Assembly (NCBI GenBank): GCA_963795975.1
Contig: CAWCJT010000009.1
Span: forward strand, 161,409-225,408
DNA: 64,000 nt
Direction: 5' to 3'
Source of the DNA: an uncultured Gammaproteobacteria bacterium
Lineage (GTDB): Bacteria; Pseudomonadota; Gammaproteobacteria; Steroidobacterales; Steroidobacteraceae
Shown: piece after piece, positions 37,525 to 47,630 of the stretch
Numbering within the stretch: position 1 is the first letter of the stretch
Layout: each line of letters begins with the position of its first letter
The notes under the pieces: model-generated
Told to the model about the DNA's origin: nothing
What the model saw: the letters and a program-made list of their open reading frames with translations, nothing else
Databases searched by the model: none
Translations under genes and position numbers: made by a program

Positions 37525-37576
37525 ATTCGTCTCTTTTCGCTTATTAATTAATACGTTAAAGATCAATAGTCAGGTG
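37525..37576. promoter_or_regulatory. very AT-rich 52-nt spacer with the 12-bp palindrome TATTAATTAATA (37542-37553); probable promoter/operator region of the M20 peptidase gene
   Basis: Read directly: ...attcgtctcttttcgcttattaattaatacgttaaagatcaatagtcagg... lies between the tatD stop (37577) and the M20 ATG (37524). It contrasts strongly with the GC-rich surroundings. Confidence 0.35.
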
Positions 37577-38374
37577 CTACTTCACATCAGGAAGTCCGAA
37601 GAGGACACGCGCGGCGCGGGTCGTGTTTGCAGCGAGCAGTTCCGGCGGCTCATCGCGCGCCCGTGCGATCACGGCTGCGATGTGCGAAAGAAACGCAGGC
37701 TCGTTGCGGCGGCCTGCGGGCCGTGCCGGCAGATCGCGCGGTAAGAGGTAAGGGGCATCGGTCTCGAGCAGCAGTTGCTCGCAGGGAATGTCGCGCACCA
37801 GCTGCAGAAGATGTGTGCCGCGCCTTTCATCACAGATCCAACCCGTGATGCCGATCGCAAGTCCGAGCTCGAGATAGCCTTCAAGTTGGGTCTGCGATCC
37901 GGTGAAGCAGTGGGCCACGCCGCCGTGCAGATGGGGTCGGTGCTCGCGCACCATCGCCAGGAAATCCTCGTGTGCATCGCGCTGGTGCAGAAACACGGGC
38001 TTCGTGGTGCGGCCCGCGAGCTCGAGCTGGCGCTCGAAAGCCTGGCGCTGCACCGGCCGCGGTGAGTAGTCGCGAAAATAATCGAGTCCGCATTCACCGA
38101 CCGCGACCACGTGTGGACTTTCCACGAGCCTCTCGAGCTGCGCAAAGCCGGCTTCATCGAGCTCGGTGGCGTGATGTGGATGCACGCCCGCCGTCGCGAA
38201 CAGGCGTTGCGGTTGCTCACGCGCGAGCGCGATGGCTTTGAGCGTGCTCGCGCCGCTTGAGCCCGTGACGATCATCTGTGCGATGCCGGCTCGATACGCA
38301 CGCTCCAGGACCGCTGTGCGATCAGCGTCAAAGCTGTCGTGCGCGAGGTTCGCGCCGATGTCGATGAGCTGCAT
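37577..38374 (-). CDS. tatD: TatD family metal-dependent hydrolase (DNase)
   Basis: MQLIDIGANLAHDSF...GVHPHH...AVGECGLDYFRD...VFLHQRDAHEDF...GVAHCFTG...LLETDAPYL matches TatD over its full length. Confidence 0.88.
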   Translation of the reverse strand: MQLIDIGANLAHDSFDADRTAVLERAYRAGIAQMIVTGSSGASTLKAIALAREQPQRLFATAGVHPHHATELDEAGFAQLERLVESPHVVAVGECGLDYFRDYSPRPVQRQAFERQLELAGRTTKPVFLHQRDAHEDFLAMVREHRPHLHGGVAHCFTGSQTQLEGYLELGLAIGITGWICDERRGTHLLQLVRDIPCEQLLLETDAPYLLPRDLPARPAGRRNEPAFLSHIAAVIARARDEPPELLAANTTRAARVLFGLPDVK

Positions 38375-38427
38375 GCGGCATTTTACGCAATTCGCACCAC
38401 CGGGCGATCGAGTGGCAAAATGACCTG

Positions 38428-39162
38428 ATGCTCAAGGCCACAGGCTGCATTGTTGCGCTGGTGCTCGCAGCACCGCTCGTCATGGCGGCGGACGCGTCAC
38501 GGCTCGATCTCGAAAGCCGCATCCAGTACAGCTACTACACCGAGGATCTGCACGCACTGCAGAATCTCGTCGACTCCCTGCAGGGTGATACGCAGACCGA
38601 CGCGTTTCATGGCTACTACGTGGGACTGGCAAGCTACCGTCTGGCGCTGCTGTACGCCGAGCGCGCGCCTGAGAAGGCCAAGAGCCTGTTCGAGCGTTGC
38701 GTGTCGGGTCTGGATGAGAGTCTCAAAGCGCGGCCCGACTTTGCCGAGGCGCTGGCGCTGCAGGCGGCATGCCTTCACCGGGTCGGCGCACTCGCCTCGC
38801 TCGCGGTACCGTTGGCCGGTCATCGCAGCGGCAGCGAGATGCGCCGAGCGCTCGAGCTCGCCCCGAAGAACCCGCGGGTGTTGCTGCTCGAGGCGGTTGA
38901 AGTGCACACGCGGCCGCAGACTTCGCAGCGCGACAGCACGCTCTCGACACTGCAACAGTCCGTGGCGGCGTTCGAGACCGAGCGCACCGGTCCTGAAACC
39001 CTGCCGAGCTGGGGCGAGGCAGAAGCCTACGCCTACCTCGCCCGGGGCTATCTGGCGCAGGGCGATGCGATCGCCGCGCGCGGGGCGCTCGAACACGCTT
39101 TATTGATGGCGCCGGATTTTGCCCTGGCGCACCGTCTCATGAAGCGCATCACCGACGGATAG
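38428..39162 (+). CDS. hypothetical secreted all-helical (TPR-like) protein
   Basis: It has a signal peptide (MLKATGCIVALVLAAPLVMAADA). The helical-repeat character ends ...AEAYAYLARGYLAQGDAIAARGALEHALLMAPDF. I recognise no family. Confidence 0.55.
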   Translation: MLKATGCIVALVLAAPLVMAADASRLDLESRIQYSYYTEDLHALQNLVDSLQGDTQTDAFHGYYVGLASYRLALLYAERAPEKAKSLFERCVSGLDESLKARPDFAEALALQAACLHRVGALASLAVPLAGHRSGSEMRRALELAPKNPRVLLLEAVEVHTRPQTSQRDSTLSTLQQSVAAFETERTGPETLPSWGEAEAYAYLARGYLAQGDAIAARGALEHALLMAPDFALAHRLMKRITDG

Positions 39163-39301
39163 CTTGGGGTAGCTCAAGCTTGGGCTTGGAAGCAGGCCGG
39201 AACGAATCGGGCGCCTCGTCGATTACTTCATCTGGTGGGACGTGAAAACGGGGCGGTCAGCCCCCACTATATGGATAGACGAGCCCGCGGAGGAGCCGCT
39301 T

Positions 39302-39664
39302 ATGCTTAAGCGAAAATGTTCGTGGTTCATGGCAGGGGCGTCAGCAGCGCTACTGAGTGCCGCATCGATCGCGGGGGCCCAGGAAACGACCAGGCCATCC
39401 CCCGAGCTCAGCCCGCGGCCCCAGCTGGCGCTCCCACCGCCGCTCGATCTGCGCACGCCGGCTGTCACGCAGCTTTTCTCTCCGGCCGCTCTACAGCTGA
39501 TGCTCGTCGAGCAGCAGGAGACGAATGACGACGAGGCCGCCGACGTGCGCGTGCAAAGCCCCCGCGCCACACCGGATGTGCCGCGTGGATTGTTCCGGGC
39601 ACTGCCTTGGGCGGTCATGCATCCGACGCAGTCCTGGCGCGTCCTGACCCCGATCACGGAGTGA
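39302..39664 (+). CDS. hypothetical small secreted Pro-rich protein
   Basis: ATG 39302 is preceded by GGAGGAG (39289-39295). The signal peptide is MLKRKCSWFMAGASAALLSAASIAGAQE. I recognise no family. Confidence 0.5.
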   Translation: MLKRKCSWFMAGASAALLSAASIAGAQETTRPSPELSPRPQLALPPPLDLRTPAVTQLFSPAALQLMLVEQQETNDDEAADVRVQSPRATPDVPRGLFRALPWAVMHPTQSWRVLTPITE

Positions 39665-40640
39665 CGACGATCTTGCCGATCTGCTGATTCGATTCCAGGT
39701 AACGGTGGGCGGCGACGATTTCGCGCAGGGGAAAGGTCCGCGCGATGATCGGTTTCAAGTGTCCCTCCTCGAGCCCGCGCAGGATGAGCTCGCGCGCGCG
39801 CGTGAAGCGTTCGGGTTTGTTCCAGATCGATGAGGCCACCCAGCCGCGCAGGCTCAGACCCTTCAGCGCCGCCGGCCAGTGCGGGTAGGGCGTGGGCTCG
39901 CCGCTCAAACCCCCGTAGATGAAAAGAATGCCTTCCTCCGCCATTGCATTCGCGAGCTTCTCGACGTTCGGACCGCCGACGGGGTCGAAGACCACCCGCG
40001 CACCCTTGCCGCGTGTGATGCGCATGACCTCGGCCACCACATCGGCCTCGGTCGTCGCGATGACGTGGCGAGCACCGTGCGCGCGCAGGGCCTGCGCCTT
40101 GCCCGAATGCCGCGTGGCTGCAATCGATTCTGCACCCGCCCAGTTTGCGAGCTGAATCGCAGCGAGCCCGACGCTGCTCGAGGCCGCTGGGATGAGGACG
40201 TAGTCGCCCATGCCGATGCGTGCGACTTCGACGATGGCGAAGGCGGTGAGGTACTGCATCCAGATGCTGGCGGCCTCGACGGGGCTCAGGCCGGCCGGAG
40301 CGGGCAGCACACAGCGCGCAGGGACGATCGCCTTCTCCCCATACACACCGTACTCACCCAGCCGGTACATCGGCAGCACGCACACGCGCTCGCCGACGCG
40401 CAAACCATCCACGCCTTCGCCGAGCGCCTCGATGGTGCCCGCGGCCTCGTAGCCGATGAGCGTCGGCAGCTTCGGCGGGGTCAGATACCGACCCGCGCGA
40501 AACATCGCTTCGGAGCGGTTCAGTCCAATCGCCTCGACTTGAATTCGAAGCTCGCCGCGCTGTAGCGCACCGAGCTCGATGTCCTCGAGCTTAAGGACCT
40601 CGGGTCCACCCGTCTCATGGATGCGTACGACTTGGCTCAT
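39654..40640 (-). CDS. zinc-type alcohol dehydrogenase-like / quinone oxidoreductase family (MDR) protein
   Basis: VRIHETGGPEVLKLEDIELG...IGYEAAGTIEALGEGV...DYVLIPAASSSVGLAAIQLA...NQQIGKIVV is present. The frame is intact. Confidence 0.82.
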   Translation of the reverse strand: MSQVVRIHETGGPEVLKLEDIELGALQRGELRIQVEAIGLNRSEAMFRAGRYLTPPKLPTLIGYEAAGTIEALGEGVDGLRVGERVCVLPMYRLGEYGVYGEKAIVPARCVLPAPAGLSPVEAASIWMQYLTAFAIVEVARIGMGDYVLIPAASSSVGLAAIQLANWAGAESIAATRHSGKAQALRAHGARHVIATTEADVVAEVMRITRGKGARVVFDPVGGPNVEKLANAMAEEGILFIYGGLSGEPTPYPHWPAALKGLSLRGWVASSIWNKPERFTRARELILRGLEEGHLKPIIARTFPLREIVAAHRYLESNQQIGKIVVTP

Positions 40641-40745
40641 CGCGTCACTCCCCCGATCGCAAGCCCACTAGTATGCTCCGGCGCGGGCTGGGAAGAGGCG
40701 AGGGTCGATACGGACACGCAATCCCTGGCGCAGGCCGCGCCCGCG

Positions 40746-41288
40746 ATGCGGCCGCTGCGCACGTTCGATCGGGCCGAGGTCCTGAGGCGCTTCGAGCAGG
40801 CGCTTCTCGAGGCCGATGGCGCGCTCGGGGCGCATTGCCTGCACGAGCTATGGATGCGTGGCGAGTTCGCCCAGAGTATCGAGGCCGCGCTCGAGCGGCT
40901 GTGGCGCTGCGCTTCGCGCTCCATTCCGGAGTGGCTGCCGATGCGGCATGTCCATTGGCTGCCGGCGGTGTACGACATCGCCGCCCGCTTTACGGTGGAG
41001 CGCTCCGGGCGATCGAACATCTACCTCATTCTGCTCGACTACGCCGACCGGCGCGGTGAGCCTTACGGCGTGTACGTCGGGATGAGCCGCTACAGCCCCG
41101 CGCAGCGCTTCGAGCAGCACAAAGCCGGGATCCGTGCGGCGGGCAGCGTGCTCAAGCGCGGCATCGAGGTGCTGACCGGGCCGACGCTGCATCTGCAGCG
41201 GATAAGGCGCAGCGATGCCGCGCGCATCGAGGTCGAGCTGGCGGCCGCTTTGGGCGATGCGGGTCTGCGCGTGCAGGGCGGCCACTGA
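40746..41288 (+). CDS. hypothetical protein with C-terminal GIY-YIG-like nuclease motifs
   Basis: SNIYLILLDYADRRGEPYGVYVGMSRYSPAQRFEQHKAG...ARIEVELAAAL resembles the GIY...YxG...R..H...E signature. The assignment is by eye only. ATG is at 40746. Confidence 0.45.
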   Translation: MRPLRTFDRAEVLRRFEQALLEADGALGAHCLHELWMRGEFAQSIEAALERLWRCASRSIPEWLPMRHVHWLPAVYDIAARFTVERSGRSNIYLILLDYADRRGEPYGVYVGMSRYSPAQRFEQHKAGIRAAGSVLKRGIEVLTGPTLHLQRIRRSDAARIEVELAAALGDAGLRVQGGH

Positions 41289-41304
41289 TTCTGAGCGGCG
41301 AGGC

Positions 41305-42327
41305 TCATCCCACCTCGAGCCGTTGCAGAGCATCACAGATGGCGATGACGCTGCTTTCACTCTGATCCCACGAGACGACGAGTCGTGCCTCGCCCCGGCT
41401 GTCGTGACCCCAGTCGTAGAACTCGAACCCGGCCTCGCGCAGGCGCTGTTTGCCGTAAGTACCCAGTCGCAGGAAAAGCTCGTTCGACTCCACGGGGTGC
41501 AGCAGCCGCGGCCCGGCCGCGCGTGCGATGCGCTGTGCGAGCAGATTGGCGCGCTCGGCGTTACGCCGCCATACGCCGCGCTCGAGATAAGCCAGGAGCT
41601 GCGCGGAGGCATAGCGGGACTTGGAGAGCAGATGGCCCGCACGCTTGCGCCGCAGCTCGAAGTCCGCAACACGCTCAGGATCGAAGAACACCACGGCTTC
41701 GGCTGCCAGCGCGCCGTTTTTCGTGGCGCCAAAGGACAATACGTCGATCCCGGCGCGCCAGGTGATGTCGGCCGGATGGCAGCCCAGATGAACGATCGCA
41801 TTGGCAATTCGCGCACCGTCCATGTGCACGCGCAAGCCGCGCCGATGGGCCGCGCCCGCAAGCGCAGCGACCTCCTCGGGGCGATACGTGGTCCCGAGCT
41901 CCGTGGACTGTGTGAGCGAGAGCGCGCTCGGCTGCACGGTGTGCACGGAGGGCACGATCACCTCGAGCGCCGCCGTGAGAGCGGCGACCGTGAGCTTGCC
42001 GTGCTCGCCGGGCACGACCACGACACGCGCGCCCCCGCTGAAAAACTCCGGCGCCCCGCACTCGTCCATGACGATGTGCGCTTCTTCGTGAGCGAACAGC
42101 GCGCCATACGGAGGCGACAGCGTCGCAAGTGCGAGCGAATTGGCCGCCGTCCCGGTGGAGACGACGAACGCGCGTACCGGGGTCTCGAAAAACTCACTGA
42201 ACGCCGAGTCAAGACGCTGCGTCCACGGGTCATCGCCGTATGCGGCCTGCGCGCCCTGATTCGAAACGCTGATGGCCTCGAGAATCTCGGGGCAGATGGT
42301 CGCGGTGTTGTCGCTCAGAAAGCGCAT
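41305..42327 (-). CDS. ltaE: low-specificity L-threonine aldolase
   Basis: MRFLSDNTATICPEILEAI...VSTGTAANSLAL...VLSFGATKNGAL (PLP lysine context) is present. The frame is intact. Confidence 0.82.
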   Translation of the reverse strand: MRFLSDNTATICPEILEAISVSNQGAQAAYGDDPWTQRLDSAFSEFFETPVRAFVVSTGTAANSLALATLSPPYGALFAHEEAHIVMDECGAPEFFSGGARVVVVPGEHGKLTVAALTAALEVIVPSVHTVQPSALSLTQSTELGTTYRPEEVAALAGAAHRRGLRVHMDGARIANAIVHLGCHPADITWRAGIDVLSFGATKNGALAAEAVVFFDPERVADFELRRKRAGHLLSKSRYASAQLLAYLERGVWRRNAERANLLAQRIARAAGPRLLHPVESNELFLRLGTYGKQRLREAGFEFYDWGHDSRGEARLVVSWDQSESSVIAICDALQRLEVG

Positions 42328-42348
42328 CGCATGATCTCCGTTTCAGTC

Positions 42349-43359
42349 CTAGACGCGCCAGCGGAAAGACCATGCGCCAAGCGCGAGAAACACGAGCGTG
42401 GTCAGGGCGAGATAAGCGAGATCGGGCCCGATTGCGCCGATTCCCGCCCCGTCGAGCGTCACTGCGCGGGCCGCATCGAGGACATGCGTCAGCGGAAACA
42501 GCTGCGCGAGGAACCGGACCCAGCGCGGTGAGCCCTCGAGGGAGAACCAGATGCCCGAAAGCAGCATCATGGGCCAGGTCAGGAGGTTCAGCAGCCCACC
42601 GACGAGCTCCTCGCTCGAGAAGCGCGCAGCGATGATGAGCCCGAAGGCGATCATCGACAGCGCTCCAAGCACGGCGATGAGCAGCAGCAGCGGCAGGCTG
42701 CCGACGGAGACGAAGTGAATGATGGCGCCGACACCGACGTAGAGAATGGTGGTGACGAGCAGGGTGAGCCCGAGACGCGACAGGACCTGCGCCGACAGAA
42801 ACTCGAACGCGGTGAGCGGGGTCGCGTGGAGGCGTTTGAGAAATCCGCTCTTGCGATAGCGCAGCACCACGTACCCGACTCCGAACAGGCAGCTGAACAT
42901 CATATTCATGCCGAGGATGCCGGGGAACAGCCAGTCGACGTAGCGCACCGCCTGGCCGCGCACCGGCTCACGCAGCGCGTGCGGGTCGCTCTGCAGCAGC
43001 AGCTTCTCGATGATGTATCCCTTGGGCGAATCCGGATTGACCCAGTACCGCGCTGGCGTGCGCCGCAGGTCGATCAGCAGATCGAGCTGGTTGCGCGCGA
43101 CGCCATGCATGGCGGTCGCCTCGTTCGTCTCGTCCACGAAGTCGGTGTAGCGCTCATGCCGGAAGGGATAATGCTGGGCATCTGCCGCCGTGCTTGCGAG
43201 TATGCCGACCTTGAACAGCGGGCGAGGTGGGCCGCCGAAAACGACGCCCATCCCGATGACGATTGCGATCGGCACGACGAGCGTGAAGATGAGCGTGGAG
43301 CGATCGCGCAGGAATTCGAGGTTTCGAGCGTGCCAGACCGCAAGGAGTCGCCGCATCAC
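42349..43359 (-). CDS. ABC-2 type transporter permease
   Basis: It has six predicted TM segments, an N-terminus ...RNLEFLRDRSTLIFTLVVPIAIV, and the C-terminal ABC-2 signature region. Its start overlaps the upstream ATPase stop. Confidence 0.82.
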   Translation of the reverse strand: MMRRLLAVWHARNLEFLRDRSTLIFTLVVPIAIVIGMGVVFGGPPRPLFKVGILASTAADAQHYPFRHERYTDFVDETNEATAMHGVARNQLDLLIDLRRTPARYWVNPDSPKGYIIEKLLLQSDPHALREPVRGQAVRYVDWLFPGILGMNMMFSCLFGVGYVVLRYRKSGFLKRLHATPLTAFEFLSAQVLSRLGLTLLVTTILYVGVGAIIHFVSVGSLPLLLLIAVLGALSMIAFGLIIAARFSSEELVGGLLNLLTWPMMLLSGIWFSLEGSPRWVRFLAQLFPLTHVLDAARAVTLDGAGIGAIGPDLAYLALTTLVFLALGAWSFRWRV

Positions 43360-44244
43360 GCCCGCAGCTCCTTGCCCGTGAGCTCCAGGAACAGATCCTC
43401 CAGGTTCGGAGGGCGGATGCGCAGGTGCGTGAGCGGTACGCGCGCATCCATGAGCACGCGCAAGGTCCCGTCGAGGTCGTTGGTCGTGATCTCGACGCGA
43501 TCGCCGGCTTCGAAGGCCTTCAGCGCGAGGCTGCGCACATCGAAGGCGAAATCCTTGCGGGGCAGCTCGAGCAGGACCTCCGCGAAGTGCTCGCGCAGCA
43601 GCGCGCGCGGAGCCCCGCGCGCGATGATTCGCCCGCCATCCATGATCGCGATCTCATCGCACAGCAGCTCGGCCTCCTCCATGTAGTGCGTCGTGAGAAT
43701 GATGGTCTTGCCGCGCGCCTTGATCGAGGTCACGAGCTCCCAGAACCTGCGTCGCGCCTGTGGGTCGAGCCCGGTCGTGGGCTCATCGAGGAACAGAATC
43801 GCAGGATCGTTGACCAGTGCGACCGCGAGCAGCAGCCGCTGCAGCTGTCCGCCGGAGAGCTTGCGGTTGTCGCGGCTTTGAAGTTTCTCGAGCGCGCACA
43901 TCCGGATGAGCTCATCGACCTCGAAGCCATGGTCGTAGAGCCCGCGAAAAAGCGCGATCGTCTGTCTCACCGTGAGGAAGTCCTGCAGCGCCGTCTTCTG
44001 GAAAAGAATGCCGGCCTCGGCGCGAAAGCGTCGTCCGAGCGCGCTCGCCGCGGTAGAGCACCGCACCCGAGGTCGGCTCGAGGATGCCCTCCATGATCTC
44101 GATGGTGGTCGTCTTGCCGGCGCCGTTGGGACCGAGCAGCCCGAAGCAGATGCCTTCGGGAATCTGCAGGGAAATGCCCGCCACGGCCGTCACCGTCTGG
44201 TACTGCTTCACGAGATCGCGGACTTCGAGAACGCGGTCGCTCAT
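43356..44244 (-). pseudogene. ABC transporter ATP-binding protein (ABC-2 exporter partner), one frameshift as sequenced
   Basis: Walker A (GLLGPNGAGKTTT) is in ORF 43912..44244. The Q-loop, signature LSGGQLQRL, Walker B ILFLDEPTTGLD and H-loop TTHYMEEA are in ORF 43356..44066. The break is near 44035-44045. Confidence 0.85.
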
Positions 44245-44283
44245 GCACTCGCTTGTGGCAACGGTTGAGGCCGATCGTACCTC

Positions 44284-45089
44284 GTGCAGCTGCTATCATG
44301 TCGCGGGCTGATCGGATGTGCCGTCACGGAATGCTGGAAGTTCAACACATCGCAATTGTCCCTGTGGTCCGACAAGGACCCCGAGCAGTCGTGGGTCGTG
44401 CGCGAGAGCCGGCGCGCGCGTCGGCTGGCGGTGCGCGTGTTTCGAACGGGGCGGGTGGAGGTCGTCGTGCCCGCCCGGACCTCGCGGTCGTGCCGTCGAG
44501 CATTTTGTCGAGCGGCATCGCGCACTGGATCGAGCGCAAGCGCGCCGAAGCGCGCCGCCAAGGCCTGGTTCGCGAGCCGTTTCCCGCCCGGCGAGGATTG
44601 CGCTCGCGGGCTGTGCTGAGAGCTGGCGCGTGCACCTGGCGGGCAGGTCCGGGCCGGCTGCGCGCTGCAGGTCGGCAGCGGGTCTGCTCACCCTGTGTCG
44701 GCGACGCATCCAACGGGCCGCGCCTTGCGCGATGCCCTGCGACGCTGGCTCATCGCGCACGCGCGCGAGGTACTCGGGCGCGCGTTGCGACAATGTGCCC
44801 GCGAGCTCGGCTTCAGTACCAGACAGAGTGTCGTCCGGCGGCAGCGCACGCGCTGGGGAAGCTGCTCGACGCGCGGTACGATCAGCCTCAACTGCTGTCT
44901 GCTGTTTCAGCGGCCCGCGGTCGTGCGCTATCTCCTCATTCATGAGCTCGCGCACACGCGCCACATGAATCATTCGCGGCGCTTCTGGCAGTGCGTCGCC
45001 GAGCACTGTCCCGACCATCGCAGAGCTCGATCGGGAATTGCTCGACGGCTGGCGGCGCGTACCATCCTGGGTGTTCGACGATGGCGTAG
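44284..45089 (+). pseudogene. YgjP-like M48/SprT-family metal-dependent hydrolase (DUF45), multiply frameshifted as sequenced
   Basis: WVVRESRRARRLAVRVFRTGRVEVVVP (ORF 44284..44619) and later RTRWGSCSTRGTISLNCCLLFQRPAVVRYLLIHELAHTRHMNHSRRFW (HExxH, ORF 44695..45432) are present. The ends are approximate. Confidence 0.6.
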
Positions 45090-45091
45090 TC

Positions 45092-45961
45092 ATGGGGATC
45101 GCGGCCAAGCATACGAGGAGTCCGAGCGCGGTGGATCTGACGCGGCGAGCAGCATCCATTGGGACCTGGGCTCCTCGCTCTCCTATGGCGAGTATCTGCA
45201 GCTCGAGAAGCTGCTCGATGCGCAGCAGCCGCTCTCCTCCGAGCACGACGAGATGATGTTCATCATCGTCCACCAGACCTCGGAGCTGTGGATGCGGCTG
45301 TTGCTGCACGAGCTCGCAGGCGTGCTGGAGTGTGTCCGGCGCGACGATCTCGATCCGTCGTTCAAGATGCTGCACGCATCTCGCGCGTGCAGACCCAGCT
45401 CATCGCCACCTGGGACGTGCTGTCGACCATGACGCCGTGCGACTATTCCGCATTTCGCAACGCGTTGGGGCGCTCCTCCGGGTTTCAGTCGTTGCAGTAT
45501 CGGCATGCTCGAATTCATGCTCGGCAACAAGAACGCGGACATGGTCGCCGTGCACGAAGCATGATCCCGCAGCGTACGAGGCGCTGCGGCGCGCGCTGGA
45601 ATCGCCCTCGTCTGTACGACGAGGTGCTGCGCGCTGCTCAGCCGCCGTGGCTACGGCATTCCGGAGGACTACCTGACGCGCGATTTCAGCGAGCCCTATC
45701 GCGCGAGCAAGCAGGTCGCGGGCGCGTGGCTCGGCGTGTACCACAACGCGCGAGAAGGACTGGGATCTGTACGAGCTCGCCGAGCGGCTGGTCGACCTGG
45801 ATCACAAGTTCCAGCTGTGGCGCTGCCATCACCTGAAGACGGTGGAGCGCATCATCGGCTACAAGCCCGGCACCGGCGGCACGGGCGGGGTGTCTTATCT
45901 TGCCAAGGCGCTGGAGCTGAAGTTCTTTCCGGAGCTGTGGCAGATCCGAACGTCCATGTGA
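45092..45961 (+). pseudogene. kynA: tryptophan 2,3-dioxygenase, multiply frameshifted as sequenced
   Basis: [66 protein letters not shown] and [38 protein letters not shown]...[12 protein letters not shown] are found in successive different frames. The start is uncertain. Confidence 0.75.
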
Positions 45962-46003
45962 TCGGCTTCAGGAGAAGTCGGCGCTCTCGTGCAGATGAAC
46001 GCG

Positions 46004-46638
46004 CTATGCCGCTGCGGCCGTTTGCTCCCGATGCGTGCGCCAGCGCCACGCGAGACGCCAGCCGAACAGAATCACCAGGAAGCCGACGTACAGCAAGCGG
46101 CTCGCGCACGTCACGCTTGACACTGCCAGTAGTAGTGCCAGACGCCGAGGACCGCGATCAGGTAGACCAGCCGGTGCAGCTTCTGCCAGCGTCGTCCAAG
46201 ACGACGCATCATCTTGTTGGTCGAGGTGACGGCAAGCGGGATGAGCAGCATCAGCGCCGTGAAGCCGATGGTGATGTACGGCCGCTTGGTGATGTCCTTC
46301 GTCACATTGGCCAGGTCGAGTTCCTGATCGAGGATCAGATAGATCAGAAAGTGCGTAGACGCATAGAAGAATGCGAAGAGGCCGAGCATGCGCCGCAGCC
46401 GCACCAGGTTCGAGAAACCGGTGAGCTGCCGCACCGGCGTCACGAGCAGCGTCAGCATCAGGAAATTGAGTGCCGTCTTGCCGCAGGTATGCGAGCAGCC
46501 GGGCGCACGGGATCGGCGCCCAGTTCGCGCCCGAACAGGTTGAACGCGCCGGCGAGCAGCAGCAGGGCCGGAGCGAGGCTCGCGATGAAGATGAGCGGCT
46601 TATAGATGAGAGCGGTAGCGCTTCTCGACGGTCAGCAT
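46004..46638 (-). pseudogene. msrQ: protein-methionine-sulfoxide reductase heme-binding subunit MsrQ, frameshifted as sequenced
   Basis: The core LNFLMLTLLVTPVRQLTG...FFYASTHFLIYLILD...RLGRRWQKLHRLVYLIAVLGVWHYYW is in ORF 46111..46458. The N-terminus (IYKPLIFIASLAPALLLLAGAF) and C-terminus (LLYVGFLVILFGWRL) are in other frames. Confidence 0.72.
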
Positions 46639-46649
46639 CGCACGGCGCT

Positions 46650-47558
46650 TCAGAAGTAGCGCCGCAGATCCATGCCCTGATAGAGACTCGCGACCTGTCG
46701 GCGTAGCCGTTGAACATCAGGGTCGGCTCGCGCGACGAAGAAGCCGCTGCCGATGCGCCGCTCGGTCGCCTGGCTCCAGCGCGGATGATCGACCTGCGGG
46801 TTGACGTTCGCGTAGAAGCCGTATTCGTTCGGCGCGGCGATGTTCCAGGTGTTGCGCGGCTGCTCGGCGGTGAAGCGGATCTTGACGATCGACTTGATGC
46901 CCTTGAAGCCGTACTTCCACGGGACCACGAGGCGCAGCGGCGCGCCGTCCTGGTTCGGCAGCTCCTGGCCGTAGAGCCCGACGGCGAGGAGCGTGAGCGG
47001 ATGCATGGCCTCGTCGATGCGCAGACCTTCGACGTAGGGCCAATGCAGGATCGGCATGCGCTGTCCCGGCATCTGCCTCGGGTCGTAGCAGCGTCGTGAA
47101 CTCGACGTACTTCGCCCTCGAGGTCGGCTCGAAGCGCTTGATCAGGTCGCCGAGCGGAAAGCCGAGCCACGGAATCACCATCGACCAGGCCTCGACGCAG
47201 CGAAGGCGGTAGATGCGCTCCTCGAGCGCATGCGGCCGGAGGATGTCCTCGAGCGTGAAGGTCCCCGTCTTCTGCGCCTCCCCGTCGATCGTCACGCTCC
47301 AGGGCCGGGTCTTGAGAGTGTGCGCGTTCTCCTCGGGTCGCTCTTGTCGGTGCCGAACTCGTAGAAGTTGTTGTAGCTGCGTGATGTCCGCGTAGCTGTT
47401 CGGTGACTCCTTGACGGAGTAGCGGGCATTGCGGGTGTACTTGATGCTCGGATCGGGTGCGGGGGCCTCGCGCGGGCAGGCGCCGGCGGCGCAAACGCTG
47501 CGGCGCTGCCCGCAAGGGCGGTGGCGAGGAGGGCGCGCCGGCTCAAGTACACGATCAC
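46650..47558 (-). pseudogene. msrP: protein-methionine-sulfoxide reductase catalytic (molybdopterin) subunit MsrP, frameshifted as sequenced
   Basis: A Tat-like leader (SRRALLATALAGSAAAFA) is followed by YNNFYEFGTDK, WSVTIDGEAQKTGTFTLEDIL...YRLRCVEAWSMVIPWLGFPL and [20 protein letters not shown]...[11 protein letters not shown], distributed over three frames. Confidence 0.78.
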
Positions 47559-47630
47559 GAGGCGTGATCTCGATGCGGCGCAATGCCGCCTGGCAGCAGT
47601 CGCTTCATTACGCAGTCCTCCGTCGCGTCA

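Noticed and set aside
39166-39215. A tRNA-like start GGGGTAGCTCAAGCTTGGG... followed by GGAACGAATCGGG (T-loop-like) in the intergenic region after the TPR-like gene.
   Set aside because: There is no anticodon arm and no 3' acceptor strand complementary to GGGGTAG. The T-loop has AA where the conserved TT should be, and its stem has a mismatch. At best it is a degenerate remnant and more likely chance.
40848-42531. Long overlapping ORFs 40848..41861 (-) and 41215..42531 (+).
   Set aside because: They are shadow frames antisense to, or out of frame with, the GIY-YIG-like gene and ltaE. They have low-complexity Arg/Ala-rich translations, and the alternative frames encode clearly conserved proteins.
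46004-47515. The 503-codon minus-strand ORF spanning msrQ and msrP.
   Set aside because: It is a composite of wrong-frame read-through. Only its last 30 or so residues (LLYVGFLVILFGWRL...) belong to MsrQ. The true msrP and msrQ pieces are in other frames.
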